Of a DNA stretch of 64,000 nucleotides, positions 40,373 through 52,753 are shown in pieces. Location of the stretch: the NCBI GenBank assembly GCA_051294375.1, contig CM119264.1:795477-859476 (forward strand). Reading direction: 5' to 3'. Under the pieces are notes generated by a model, which saw only the letters and a list, made by a program, of their open reading frames with translations, searched no databases and was not told where the DNA came from. The position numbers and the translations under genes were made by a program. The DNA is from Paraspadella gotoi. Its lineage: Eukaryota > Animalia > Chaetognatha. How positions within the stretch are numbered: the stretch's first letter is position 1; each line of letters starts with the position of its first letter.

Positions 40373-41154
40373 GCGCGAATAGACCCTGAGTTTATTGGCA
40401 GGCGGTTTGTGGACATTCCTATGCTTCCTACCAGTTGGGGACTAAACCTGTGTCCTGGAGGTCGCGATCGGATGATTTAGCCACCGTGTCAGACGTGTCA
40501 CAATCAAACGATACAATGCCCTAACAGTACAATGCCCTGTTCAAGAATTTTTCCGTCAAACTCGGAAACATTTTTCAACTCTCCTCTCTCCGGATCATTC
40601 CCTGTCAAGTGAAAAAGGCTGAAGACTCTCGGTATCTTCTCAGCACCTTTGAGCGGCCATGGAACGGGCGGTTTACGGCCTTCCTCACGCTTAGTAGTTT
40701 GGGTATCTTTTTGGGGATCGATACCGATTCCTTAATTGGTATTTAGCTTGACCTAAATTTTGATTATTTAAATATATTATACGTTAGAGTTGTCACAGTC
40801 AAACTAACAAACTTTCATCACCTCGGATTTGATTCGATTCGATTTGATTTGATCTCCAGTCTCTACTAACATCCCCTTCAGTCCCAGCCAATCCGTTAGA
40901 GTGATCTCCGGTTCCTTGTTCCCCTTCAATCCCCAAAACCCGGTTCCTTGTTCCCCTTCAATCCCCAAAACCCTCCGCTCCCTTCGCTCTCTCTCTCGTC
41001 GACGAATAAAAACGCAAAGACCGACATCGACAGGCAATGTTGGGCTCTCTTTTCCGAGAGTGCCCCATTTCTGTTTGTTTATCTCAGAATTTAATTTTAA
41101 TCTTAATATTTAATCAAAATATAGTTTTAAAATTTATGATAATATTAATAATAT

Positions 41155-41646
41155 TAACCTTAATCACTAACCTTAACCAAATCCTCAACCTTAACTTAAT
41201 CTTTAATTAATAATCCTAACCCTAACCTAATCCTCAACCTTAACTTAATCCTTAATTAATAACATAATTTTATTCTTAACCTTAACTTAATTCTTAATTA
41301 ATAACCCTAACCCTAACTTAACCCTCAACCTTTACTTAATCCTTAATTAATAATCCTAACCCTAACTTAACCCTCAACCTTCACTTAATCCTTAATTAAT
41401 AACCCTAACCTTAACTTAACCCTCAACCTTCACTTAATCCTTAATTAATAATCCTAAACCTAACCTAATCCTCAACCTTAACTTAATCCTTAATTAATAA
41501 CATAACTTAATTCTTAACCTTAACTTAATCCTTAATTAATAACCCTAACCCTAACTTAATCCTCAACCTTCACTTATTCCTTAATTAATAATCCTAACCC
41601 TAACCTAATTCTCAACCTTAACTTAATCCTTAATTCATAATCCTAA
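41155..41646. repeat. ~49-bp higher-order array built from CCCTAA/CCTTAA variants, about 10 units
   Basis: Unit TAATCCTAACCCTAACTTAACCCTCAACCTTCACTTAATCCTTAATTAA (41351-41399). Some units are shorter. Confidence 0.9.
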
Positions 41647-41683
41647 ATGCTTGTCACTAACTCAAATCTCAATTTTTTTCTAT

Positions 41684-41727
41684 GGCGCTGAAGAAGGCTT
41701 GTAATTTAAAGCCGAAACATGTACGTC
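41684..41727 (+). ncRNA. Minimal type I hammerhead ribozyme, Penelope-like-element type
   Basis: Stem I GGCG/CGTC; CTGAAGA (41688-41694) plus one extra A; stem II GGCTT/AAGCC; GAAA (41714-41717); palindromic stem III ACATGT; cleavage triplet GTA; AATAAA at 41738-41743. Confidence 0.7.
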
Positions 41728-41964
41728 CCTATGTACCAATAAAATCGTTGTTGTAAACAAATTCAAACTTCTTCTACTAATCTTAAACTTAAAAAAAAAA
41801 CAACCTATTTCCAAATTTAAGATAAAATCGGGTGTCCTTGGAAAATAAGGCCGAATGTTGTGGGTGACAGGGCAGAAGGAAAAGGAAAGAAAGGAAAAAA
41901 AAGAAAGAAATAAAAAAAATCCTTTGAAAAAATGGTAACAAAGAAGGCGACGACTTTTTTGTGG

Positions 41965-42098
<134 letters not shown>

Positions 42099-42944
42099 GA
42101 GGATATACTGGTTGTGACGCATAAATAGCTGAGAAGAAAAGAGTTTTGCTGTAGTGATGTAGTAATATCACTATCCGTTTGTTACGACTGTCTCGAGCTC
42201 TCTGGGTAAACTCTTCATTCCCGAACACACCGGTCCTGGGTTCCAACCTTGATCGGCAACGGTCCTTGCAAAGAGAGTGACGGACCGGTTAAACTACCGG
42301 TAGCAAGCTTACCGCCGGATCCGAAGTTCCGGAAAGCAAGGCAACTGACGGGAAAAATATCCAAGGCACACTCTCTCCTTTGTCTCTTTAACACTTCGAA
42401 TTATATTTAACTTTTTTTATGAACATCAATAAAAGAAAAATATTTAATAGATTTTAAAATTATTATCATAATTATTAAAATGATTATTAAAAACTTAGCT
42501 TTCATTTGGGAACATTGGAACGATATAAACATCAACTAAGTAATATACTTATTAAGTACAATTTTTGTCAAAAGCGTTTATTTTACAAGCGCTATTTAAA
42601 AAATATACAGAAAATGTAATATCTAGTACATAGGTATCAAAGTTAAACATAAACTTATGAAGAAACTTGTTGGCTACAATATATTTTTGTTCAATTTTTA
42701 TTTTATATGACTTTTTTTTTCTGTTGCTTTCCATAGGTTTAGGGTCTGTGGATTTTGCGCTCAGTGGACTGAAAACTTCTATCCACATTGTAACTAATGC
42801 GAGTTTTATTTAGTTTTCGATATCACTATTTAGCTAAAAAAAGTTGACAAACGACAATTTGATTATTTGTTTTGGAATCAGGATTTTGAAAAACGCCTCT
42901 CGGTATTTTTGCTTTAAAATTAAGAGAGAGAGAGAGGGAGAGAA

Positions 42945-43019
<75 letters not shown>

Positions 43020-43024
43020 TGAGA

Positions 43025-43086
<62 letters not shown>

Positions 43087-43309
43087 AAAAGGTCCATGAA
43101 TAAACAAAGGAATCTGCCCATCACAATTGCTCTGAGGAATTTGGGCGTGCGTCTGGCATTAAATCCAATCCGGAATCCTTGCCTCTTGCTGATGGAATAG
43201 TTTTCCCGACGTCGGAACAATGAAGGAAGCGTCAGCTTTTAGTTAAATTAAACTGAAACCATAAAAAAGATTAAATAAACATAAATTAGTGGCTGAATTC
43301 ATGTACTAT

Positions 43310-43531
43310 TCGACCTATTTTCCCAATACGCCACGTTTTATTTTAAATTGGAAATTAGGTTAATTTTTTTTTAGTTAAAGATTAGGTTAACGGTTAGGAA
43401 TTAGGGATTAGGGTAGTGGTTAAGGTTACAGACTTGGTTTGTAATGAGTTTATTTTAGTTTAAAAAATATATATAGGTTATATATTAGGGTTAAATTTAA
43501 AATCTGAAATAAACAAACAGAAAGAGAGCCA
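43310..43531. mobile_element. TIR element with TTAGG(G)-like interior
   Basis: Arm TCGACCTATTTTCCCAATACGCCACGTTTTATTTTAAATT, interior TTAGGTT/TTAGGGA repeats, ending AAACAAACAGAAAGAGAGCCA. Confidence 0.55.
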
Positions 43532-43614
43532 TGGGGTCATTTTAAAGGATGAGTAAGAATTCGATTCGGAGAGACAGAGAGAGAGAAATAAAGAGAGAGA
43601 GAGAGAGAGAGAGA

Positions 43615-43656
<42 letters not shown>

Positions 43657-43842
43657 GAGGGGAAGCACTTAGTCACGTATCGTCCTTCCCACTTCATGTT
43701 TATGTCTCTTCTCTTCGTTTTCCTTTCATCTCTTTATTTTTCTTCTTCCTTTTTTTTCCTTTTTTCCTTTCTTTTCTTCTCTCTTTACAAAAAGAAATTC
43801 GTTCTCTCTTTTTCGTCTTATTCGTCATCGTCATCGTCATCG

Positions 43843-43883
<41 letters not shown>

Positions 43884-44348
43884 TACTAAACATTACTCTA
43901 CCTTTCCTTTGAACATGGCGTAAAAAAGAATTCGGGCACCATTTTCCGACACTGCCTTTTTTCTTATGCAATGCCAGGATCTTAATTTTGTCTTAAATAT
44001 GCCGAATGTTTTACCAAATCGTTGATCCAATCTTAAGCCTATCCCAATCCCTAACCAAACTTCAGTATCCTAAATCCTAAATTTTATAAGGTTAGTTCTA
44101 TACATATATAAATATAGCCTACTGCGAATATTAAAAAAATCATAGAATCAATTTTTTTTTCATAAATTCCTATTCACAGGGTGTACGTTGTCAAAAATTC
44201 ACTTTTGAAATTTTCATACGTAACTTTCACTACGCTCAATTGCAGGAACCTACTACGTCATTATCTTGTAAGAGTGATGGACCAAAGACGATCCAAAGCC
44301 AGGGTCAAGATAACCTATTTATTTGACGAATGGCGAAATATTATAATG

Positions 44349-44678
44349 GTTGCATCGCAGTGGGAATCAGAACCAAGAATGGAATTTTATACGCGACTCG
44401 GATAAAATCTACCAAGGACTCTCCGATTGGATAGAATTATCGGCGAAAAAAACCAATGAGAAGACGGACTTCATGCCATCGGGGAATGAGCCAGTGTCGA
44501 TGAGCCGATTGAAGAGTATAAATACTTGGCCATTTTGTATTGAATCCATTCTGTCTCAAATTCTGACACCGTGTTGCTTGTGGCTTTCTGAAGAATTAAA
44601 TCCACTTTCATGTTGAAATCTCTGTCTACTTACTTAAATACGGTGGCAGCGGTGGAATTCAAACCCGCGCCTCCGAAG
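44349..44678 (+). mobile_element. Diverged LTR relative plus 38-nt tRNA-Leu-complementary segment
   Basis: Shares GCATCGCAG at the start, TATAAA, GACACCGT.TTG, GAAGAA.TAAA.TCCACTT and CTGTCTACTTACT with the LTRs above. 44641-44678 is the reverse complement of the conserved tRNA-Leu(AAG/TAG-type) 3' half plus CCA, with 4 transitions. Confidence 0.65.
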
Positions 44679-44770
44679 TTAAGGTATAAAAATTATGGTA
44701 TAAAATGAACTTGATGCAAGAAAGAAATCGAATAATGCAATGACTTTGCTTTTAGTCAAAGACGATATCT

Positions 44771-44930
44771 TATTAGTTGCGCCGCGAGTACTCGCGGAGC
44801 AACTCTATAAGTCACTTTTCGGTCGGTCTGTCAGTCGGTATGTCTTTCCGACGGTCTGACCCACTTACTTGGTTGCTCATTTGTTATGACAGGAACAAAG
44901 CTCAAATCTAAGCGACTGCTAGCGCCGCTT
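44771..44930 (-). mobile_element. HINE-like element, family A
   Basis: Hairpin AGTTGCGCCGCGAGTACTCGCGGAGCAACT (44775-44804) and (GTCG/GTCT)n. The internal segment matches 2485-2547 and 53067-53130 in reverse. Confidence 0.6.
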
Positions 44931-45182
44931 GTTGTTTTTCAAGAAAGATCATAAACTATAAAAAACAATAAGCGTGATTCCAACGCAGTAGGTGTCGAAA
45001 ATACATGGAAATACACGGGATAACAAAGTCACTGAGGCGCAACACAACATTTCAATTTCCCTTCTTATTTTTCTCCTTTTTTTTCTCATCATCGAGTTTG
45101 TTTACTTTTTTTTTTGATTTTCTGTTTCTTTTATTCCTCGCGTTTTCCTTTTTTCCCCTTTTTTTTCTCTCATTTTATCTTT

Positions 45183-45225
<43 letters not shown>

Positions 45226-45393
45226 CTCCTGACTCTCTCGGTTCGTCTCCATCCTCTCTCTCTCCTCTCCTCTCTCCTCTCTTTATATCTCTCTCTTTTT
45301 CTCCTCTCTCTTTTCTCTCTCATACTTTTTCCTGCCCTTTTTTTTCATTTACGCCTTTTTTAGTTTTTTATCGTCTGTTTCTCTATCTCTCTC

Positions 45394-45433
<40 letters not shown>

Positions 45434-45434
45434 T

Positions 45435-45468
<34 letters not shown>

Positions 45469-46721
45469 CTCTTCTCTCTCTCTCTCCTCTCTCTCTTTCC
45501 TCTCTCTCTCTCTCCTCTCTTTTCTCTCTCTCTCCACCTTGAAGTGAATTTCTCGCATTTATCTCGCTCCCCTTTTCCCCTCGGGAAAAATTTCTCTTGT
45601 TTTCACGATCTGCGTTTCCTCACGAAATGCCAGTGAAAATCACGATTCCTTCACAACTCGTTCTAGCAGCAAAGGGAAGAGGAGGAGGAGGAAAAAGAAG
45701 AGGAGGAAGAGGAGGAGGAAGAGGAGGAGAATAAAATAAAAATTTTTTTTTGAAAAGAAAAGGTTGCAAATCGTCGAAACAATTAATTAAAAAAAGTCAT
45801 CTCAATAAGACATTTATCGGTCGGTCGGTCGGTCTGACCCACTCACATTTGAAATGCTTTTAACTCAGGTAATACTTCAGAATATTTTGTTTGTACTTTG
45901 TAGTTAGTACCTCAAAAAGCGATCATATGACTCTTTGACTTTGGGTCTTTGACTCCGTTTTTTTTTTTTTTTTTTTTTTTTTGTTTTTTTTTTTTTTTTT
46001 TTTTTTTTACTTTGACTCCGTTGCTCATTTCTTTTTTTTGTTTTTTTTTTCCCTCGTGAAAATTTATCTTCGGACTTTTATTCATTTGCATATTCATTCA
46101 TTAAAAAATAAAAAAAATTACAACGTATCTTTTTATTTTATATTCATCGATCGATATTTATTATTCATTGCCTCTCATTAGTTATTAATGATATGTTTTG
46201 TGGTCTTTGATAATCGTTGTTTCTCTTCTGATCAGTTACAATGTAGATTCCAGGGTGCGCTGTCAACTCACGGCCGCCCGTGATCAATCATTCACTGGTT
46301 GGAGCGAGACTTTCTGCCACGCCGTGACTCTCGGTGACACTCATTTACTCACCCTACACTCATCATTAACCGTTAAGGGATGCGCAGGATTCGTCCCCTG
46401 GTGCATCTTAGCTACCCTTTCTTTTCCTCGTGCCCATTTTGGTCACGTGATCACCCGGAAATGCACACATTGGATTTACCCTTCTTGTTTTGTTTTGACA
46501 TTTTTGATTGTTTTGTTTCTCACTGATTTTTCGACTCTGGATAAATTTAACGATTAACGTTTTTTTTGTTTGATAAAATTTAATGCATTTAGTTAGAGTT
46601 ACTTTCAAATATAATTTAATTATATATAATTTAAATGATTTTCAAAATTTAAAAAGTAATGAAATTTTAAAATAATTTAAAAAAAATTTCGAATTAATTT
46701 TGTTAGATTTTCTGTGGCGAC

Positions 46722-46761
<40 letters not shown>

Positions 46762-47257
46762 TCTACTCCTTGCTCCTCTCTCTCTCGTCTTTTCTCTCTC
46801 TCTCCTCCTCTCTTTCTCTCGATCTCTCTTCTCCTCAAGTCTCTCGCTTCATCTTCTCTCTGCTCTCTCTTTTCTCTCGATGCCTTCTCATCTCCTCTCT
46901 CTCGTCTCTTCTCAATCTCACTCTCTCGCTCTCGTCGGATCACTCCTCCAATCTGTTCCATCCTCCCTCTCTCTCTAGACGAAAACGACGACGACGACGC
47001 TTCGCCTTCAGGAAATTTCTGTCAACTTCTTCGTTTTATTTTTTTTCCCACAAAATAATTCGATTCACTTTTTCGCTGAAATTGAAAAATAAAGGGATTT
47101 TAGAGAAGAAGTGATGTATACTGTATATATTTCAAAACAACAGAGTTATGGCGACAGGAAAATAATTTTAAAAAATGAGTCATTGAATGAAACATTGAAT
47201 GAAACAATCAATGAATAAACGAACAAAAATCTTAAAAAACATACGTTCCAAATGATA

Positions 47258-47487
47258 AATGAATGAATGAATGAATGAATGAATAGATAAATGAATAAAT
47301 GACTGAATAAATGACTGAATAAATGAATAATGGATGAATGAATTAGTCAATATATGAATGCATGAATGAATGAATGAATTAATGAATGAATGAATGAATG
47401 AATGAATGAATGAATGAATGAATAAATGAATGAATGAATGAAGGAATGACTGAATAAATGAATGAATGAATGAATGAACGAACGAAC
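47258..47487. repeat. (TGAA)n microsatellite
   Basis: Directly visible. Confidence 0.95.
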
Positions 47488-48189
47488 GTTATTGGCAGGA
47501 AATGCGAGAATGATATTCGAGAACATTAAGAACGAGAAATAAATTGAGGAAAGTGAATTAATGAGGAAATGATATCGAAGACTAAAAACGAGGGGGGGGG
47601 AAATCAGCATTGAGCGATGACTTGGTGAGGGGGGGCGTTACTGGTGTCTCGGTTACAGAAGGAGAAAAATGATGGAAAATGGAATCGAGGGCTGAAATAA
47701 AAAGGTCATGAAGAGAGGTTTGGAAAAGATAGGTAGGGAAAAGAGAGGTTAGTAGTTGAGAGGAAGAGAAGTTGGTTGGAGAGGCTCTATATCAAGGAGA
47801 AAAAGTAAGGTCATTTCCCTTCCTCCTTTTACTTTTCTTTCTTCCCTTCCATTTCCTTTCCTCCCTTTCCTTTTCTCCCTTTCCTTTTTATTTCATTATT
47901 TTATTTTCCTTTCCTTCATTTCCCCATTTTCTTTCCTCCTTTTCCTTTCTCCTCCTCCCTTTCCTTCCTTTCCTTTCCTCCCTTTCCTTCCCTCCCTTCC
48001 CTTCCTTTCTTTTCCTTTTCTTTCATTTCCTTTCCTCCCTTTCCTACCCTCCCTTTCCTTTCCTCCCAATTCTTCCTCACTAATCTCCTCCAATAATGAC
48101 AACAGGAAGAAGAAAGAGGTTTTCTCGTCTGACCTTTGAGGAGCGAGATAAACAAAAGGTTTTCATCCAAATTCTATTGTTTTCATCCT

Positions 48190-48221
<32 letters not shown>

Positions 48222-48305
48222 GATATTGTCCGTCTGTCCGCGCGTCCCTCTTCTTTTTTTCTTTCTCTCTTTCTCTCTTTCTCTCATTCTTTTAATTTTA
48301 TTTGG

Positions 48306-48547
48306 GGATATGTGGATAAGGGGCTAAGTGGGCTGAAGATGACTAATTTGAATATCCGCAACTTGTTTAACCCCTATAGCAGCCAGGAAACGGGTCCTTA
48401 GCTTGGAACCAGGCTTGACGGTTTTCCACGCCCCCAAAGCGGTTGACGGTCAATCTCACGCTTTCCACAGGGTATGTACCGGGTCGGGATTAAACCCGGT
48501 TGCTTTTGTTCATGGGCTGATGGCTTTACTCAATGAGCCCCCTGGCC
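48306..48547 (-). mobile_element. tRNA-derived SINE (same family as 6911-7120)
   Basis: The reverse complement reads GGCTCATTGAGTAAAGCCATCAGCCCATGAAC...CCGGGTTTAATCCCG...GGTAC...CCCTGTGGAAAGCGTGAG...AAGCCTGGTTCCAA...TGGCTGCTATAGGGGTTAAA. Confidence 0.65.
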
Positions 48548-48856
48548 GCGACTGAAGATATGCTTATAGGCGAGGTGAACATATGCAATTCCCGACTATA
48601 GATTTGGTCTGTCTGTCTGTCTATTGTTTTCCTTCTTACATTTTTTTTCTTTTTTTCTTTCTTCTGATTTTTTTCTTTCCCTTTTTCTGTCTCTTCTTGT
48701 TTTTCTTTCTTTCTTTCTGTCTTTTTTCTTTCTTTTCTGACATCCAATTCGTCTCTTTGTCCGCGAAAAAAAAAAACTGAAGAAGAAAAATCGAATCGAA
48801 TTCAGAACCGAATTCCAATGATGAATAATTCTGTCAATTTTGTTGAGAGCGGAGAA

Positions 48857-48931
<75 letters not shown>

Positions 48932-49841
48932 ATGAGAAAAAAAAATGCAGAAAAGAGAAAGAAAAGAAAGAAGAAAAAAAAAATAAAAGAGAGAAAAAGA
49001 GAATAAGAAAGAAAAATAAATAAATAAAGAAAAAATAAAAAGGCAAAAAAAAAAAAGCAAGCAAGAAAGAAAGAGAGAAAGAATAAATAAAGAAAAAAAT
49101 AAAGAAAGAGAGAAAGAAATGAAGAAAGAACGGGAGAAAGAAAGGAAGAGAGAAAGAAAGAAAGAGAGTAAGAAAGACAGAAACAGAAAGAGAACGAAAA
49201 CCCCTTCTTTTCTCCATTCAGATTTTTTTTTGATGAATATACACTTTATTTTTCCGCTGACATCTTTTTACGATGCGTCGTCTCCTTGACTACGAACGCA
49301 AACTCTCCGTTGCTATGGAAACCATTGTGTCCATCTTTTCGGAGAAGAAACGGGACATTTACTTCGAAAATACTGTTTTTGGTTGTTCTGTTTAGTTGCT
49401 ATTTCAGTATGTTTATTTTAATTGATAATGAATCTAAACTGAACTGAAAGTGAATTTAAAAGAAAGAATTCCAGAATTAAATTTCTTTCCTCTAGTATGT
49501 ATATGTATATGTATATCCCTATCATAGAAAACGATTCTTAATCAATTTAAAAAAAAATCATACATAACCTTTTATACTAAATGTGTGATATCTATTTAGA
49601 AAACTATGGCAGGAAGTATTATAACCTTGTGTTGTATCGATGCTCTCTCAAGAAGATAACGCTATCATATTAATAAATAGTAGCATTTAAAATCTTAAAC
49701 ATAAAATAGTTTAAGGAGTAATTTTGCAATTCTCATAATAAATAAAATACTACAATGTTGTAGCATTCATAGTATTACGGTATTACGAGCTTGAATGGTT
49801 TTTGTTGTTGTTGTTGTCGTTGTTCAAGGTTGTAGTCGTCT

Positions 49842-49872
<31 letters not shown>

Positions 49873-49968
49873 TGTTTTCTTGAATCATCAACATTTATTT
49901 ACAAATCACGAAAAAAAAGGGAAACTTTTTATGGCGAAAGTAAAACAAAGATGAGGAAAGAAGAGTCG

Positions 49969-50027
<59 letters not shown>

Positions 50028-50225
50028 AGTAATTAGGGGGGGAGAATTTTAAAGGATTAAACCTCTTTCAATGCGATTTTTTTCAAAAAATCTTCTCGAA
50101 TAATTAACAAAAAAAAAAACAAAAAAAAAAAACAACAAACGAAAATCAAAAGGTAAACAAAATTAAAAAGAAGATAAAACAAAAAGTTAAACTTTTGAGA
50201 TTAGTTAGTTTAAAAAAATCTTAAT

Positions 50226-50383
50226 TTGGCACTCTTTTCCAAAAGCGGCCCATTTCTGTTTATACTTAATCCTAATCTATTATCACACTAATGACCCTGA
50301 TCCTTAACTCAATCTATAAACCTAAAAACTACTTTAATTCTGAATTTAAGACGAAATAGGGCGTTCTAGGAAAATAAGGCCAA
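50226..50383. mobile_element. Short TIR element of the same family
   Basis: TTGGCACTCTTTTCCAAAAGCGGCCCATTTC ... GGGCGTTCTAGGAAAATAAGGCCAA. Confidence 0.6.
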
Positions 50384-50694
50384 AGAGAAAATACGAAAAG
50401 AAAAAGAAAAAAAAAAGAAAATGCGAAGAAAAAGGAGGTTGAGCTGAAATGGAATAAAAGAGGCCGTTTGGCCAAAGAAAGGCATGAAGAATTGGCCTCT
50501 TGCTGCACCCCAGTTTAATCATATCAACGCTTTTTTTTCTTTTTCGCTTTTTTTCTTTTTCTCTTTTTTATTATTTTATTCTTTCTTTCTATGTTGATTT
50601 TTCCTTTATTCATTTCCTTTTTTTTTTAACTTTTACTATATGAAATTGATATAACCAATATTTTTTTTCCTAATTTCTTTTCATATTTCTCATT

Positions 50695-50779
50695 TCTTGT
50701 ACTTTTTTCTTTCTTTATCTCCCTCTCTCTTGTTTTCTTTCTCTCCTTTCTTCTTTCTTTCTCTCCCTCCCTCCTATCT

Positions 50780-50811
<32 letters not shown>

Positions 50812-51470
50812 TGTTTCTCTTCCTTCTTCTTTCTTTCTTTCCCTCCATCTGTCTTGGTTTCTTTTTCTCTCTTCTTCTTTCTTTCTCTCCCTCCTTCTTT
50901 CTTTCTTTCTTTCTTTCTCTCCCTTCTTCTTTCTTTCTTTTCTCCCTCCTTTCTTCTTTCTTTCTTTCTTCCTTCTTTCTTTCTTTATTTCTTTCCCTCC
51001 TTCTTTCTTTGTCTCCCTCCTTTTTTTCTTTCTTTCTCTCTTTATTTCTCTCCCACATTTTTTTCTCTCCCTCTTTCCTTCTTTCTTTCTTTCCTTCTTT
51101 CTTTATTTCTCTCCCTCCTTCTTTCTTTCTTTCTCTCCTTGTTTTTTTCTTTATCTCCATCCTTTCTTTCTCTCCCTCCTTCTTTTTTTCTTTCCCTTTT
51201 TCTTTCTTTGTTTCTCTCCCTCTTTATTTCTTTGTTTCTCTCTCTCCTTCTTTCTTTCTTTCTCTCCCTCCTTCTTTCTCTCTTTCTCTCCCTCTTTCTT
51301 TCTTTATCTCCCTCCTTCCTTCCTTCTTTTTCTTCCACCTTCTTTCTTTCTTTCCCTCCTTCCTTCTCTCTCTCCCTCCCTCCTTCCTTCTCTCTCTCCC
51401 TCCCTCCTTCCTTCTCTCTCTCCCTCCCTCCTTCCATCTCTCTCTCCCTCCCTCCTTCTTTTCCTTTTAT
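50695..51470. repeat. Long pyrimidine-rich low-complexity tract (CTTT/CCTT)
   Basis: Directly visible. Source of the F/L/S-rich spurious ORFs. Confidence 0.95.
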
Positions 51471-52510
51471 CATTGAAATAGGCCGGACTTACTCAAATCG
51501 GGGTTAATCGTCTTTTTTCCCCCAAACGATAGAAATCATTCACTTTTTCCACATTTTCTTTTTACCAAAAACATTCACATTATTTTCCATCGCTTCAGAA
51601 CCAAATGAAAAGTTTCACATTCATAAGCGGGGACAAAGGGTTTTTTTTCTTTTAGTTTTGAATGTAAAAGGTTGATATTTCAGTTAAAATTCAAGTGGAT
51701 ATTTAAGTTATTATTAGGGTTGTCATTAAAGCTTATATTAAACTATAAAGTTTATATCTTTTCCAAACTTTCCCTAATTTTTTTTATTTTTAAATTTTTT
51801 TTTATTTTACATTTATTTTTATTCTTATGAAAATTTTCAAATTACTTGTTTCACTATTTTTTATTTTTTATTTTTATATTTTATGAAAGATTTACCATTT
51901 AATCTATATTCTTTAAATATATATATATTGCTTTCTTAAAAATTTTTTTACTTATCATTATATCTAATAACTCATTTTGGGAATGGGAAGCCAGTGTTGT
52001 CCTCTGGAAATAGAGGGAGCATCTACACAACACAAGGATAGATTACAATCTGTCCTAGTTTTCCAACAGACACCACACATCATTCCTGTTAGAAAGTCAT
52101 TAATGAAAAATCATAATATCTAATAGGCCGAACAGAAAGGGGTGGGAATGGATAATTTTTTGATGGGGGACCAAAGTTATATATTTTATTTTATTTCTTA
52201 GTAATTTTATTTGTTCTTTTCAAAATCCATTTTACTTCGGCTACCAAACTAAACGTTTTTTAAATTTTGTTTTGTTTTTAGAAAATCTAGAACGAGTTAG
52301 TATCTATATTTAGCGATGCTTTCTTGTTAATACTAAGTCTGATCATTTAAAATAAATCCAAACCCTGTTTGAATGGAACTGAACAAAATGAACGACACCA
52401 ATGACGTCGTTTTCACCAACGACTCAACCATCAGGGAGAAAACACAATTGCACCCACGACAATCAAATGGAAACCGAGGCTTCGTAAAAATGTAAGGAAC
52501 AGACGAAATT

Positions 52511-52753
52511 CCGGCCTTTTTTTTCCAAAGCGCCCCATTTTCATCTTAAATTCTGAATTCGGTTAGGTTTATGGATTAGGTTAGAGGTTAAGATTAGGGC
52601 TTGGGTTAAAGATTAGATTAGGGATTAGGGTTAAGAATAAAGTTAAGGGATTAGGCAAGATGTTCCATATTACAGTAAAGTAAAATATTTAAATTTTAAT
52701 CGAGTTAAGGGATTAAGGAAGAGAAATGGAACGTTTTTAGAAAAGAGAGCCAA
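52511..52753. mobile_element. TIR element with TTAGGG-like interior
   Basis: CCGGCCTTTTTTTTCCAAAGCGCCCCATTTTCATCTTAAATT ... GGAACGTTTTTAGAAAAGAGAGCCAA. Confidence 0.65.

Larger units (their letters stand above)
41041..41854. mobile_element. Non-autonomous TIR element with telomere-like array
   Basis: Left arm GGCTCTCTTTTCCGAGAGTGCCCCATTTCTG; right arm AATTTAAGATAAAATCGGGTGTCCTTGGAAAATAAGGCCGA (imperfect inverted repeats). Confidence 0.65.

Noticed and set aside
41155-41646. True telomere or chromosome-fusion site
   Set aside because: The repeats are degenerate, enclosed by TIR arms, and recur as a dispersed family. There is no head-to-head pure array.
44641-44678. Functional tRNA-Leu gene
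   Set aside because: Only the 3' half is present, with no D arm or anticodon, and it includes a CCA-like end. It is a reverse-transcribed or PBS-type copy.
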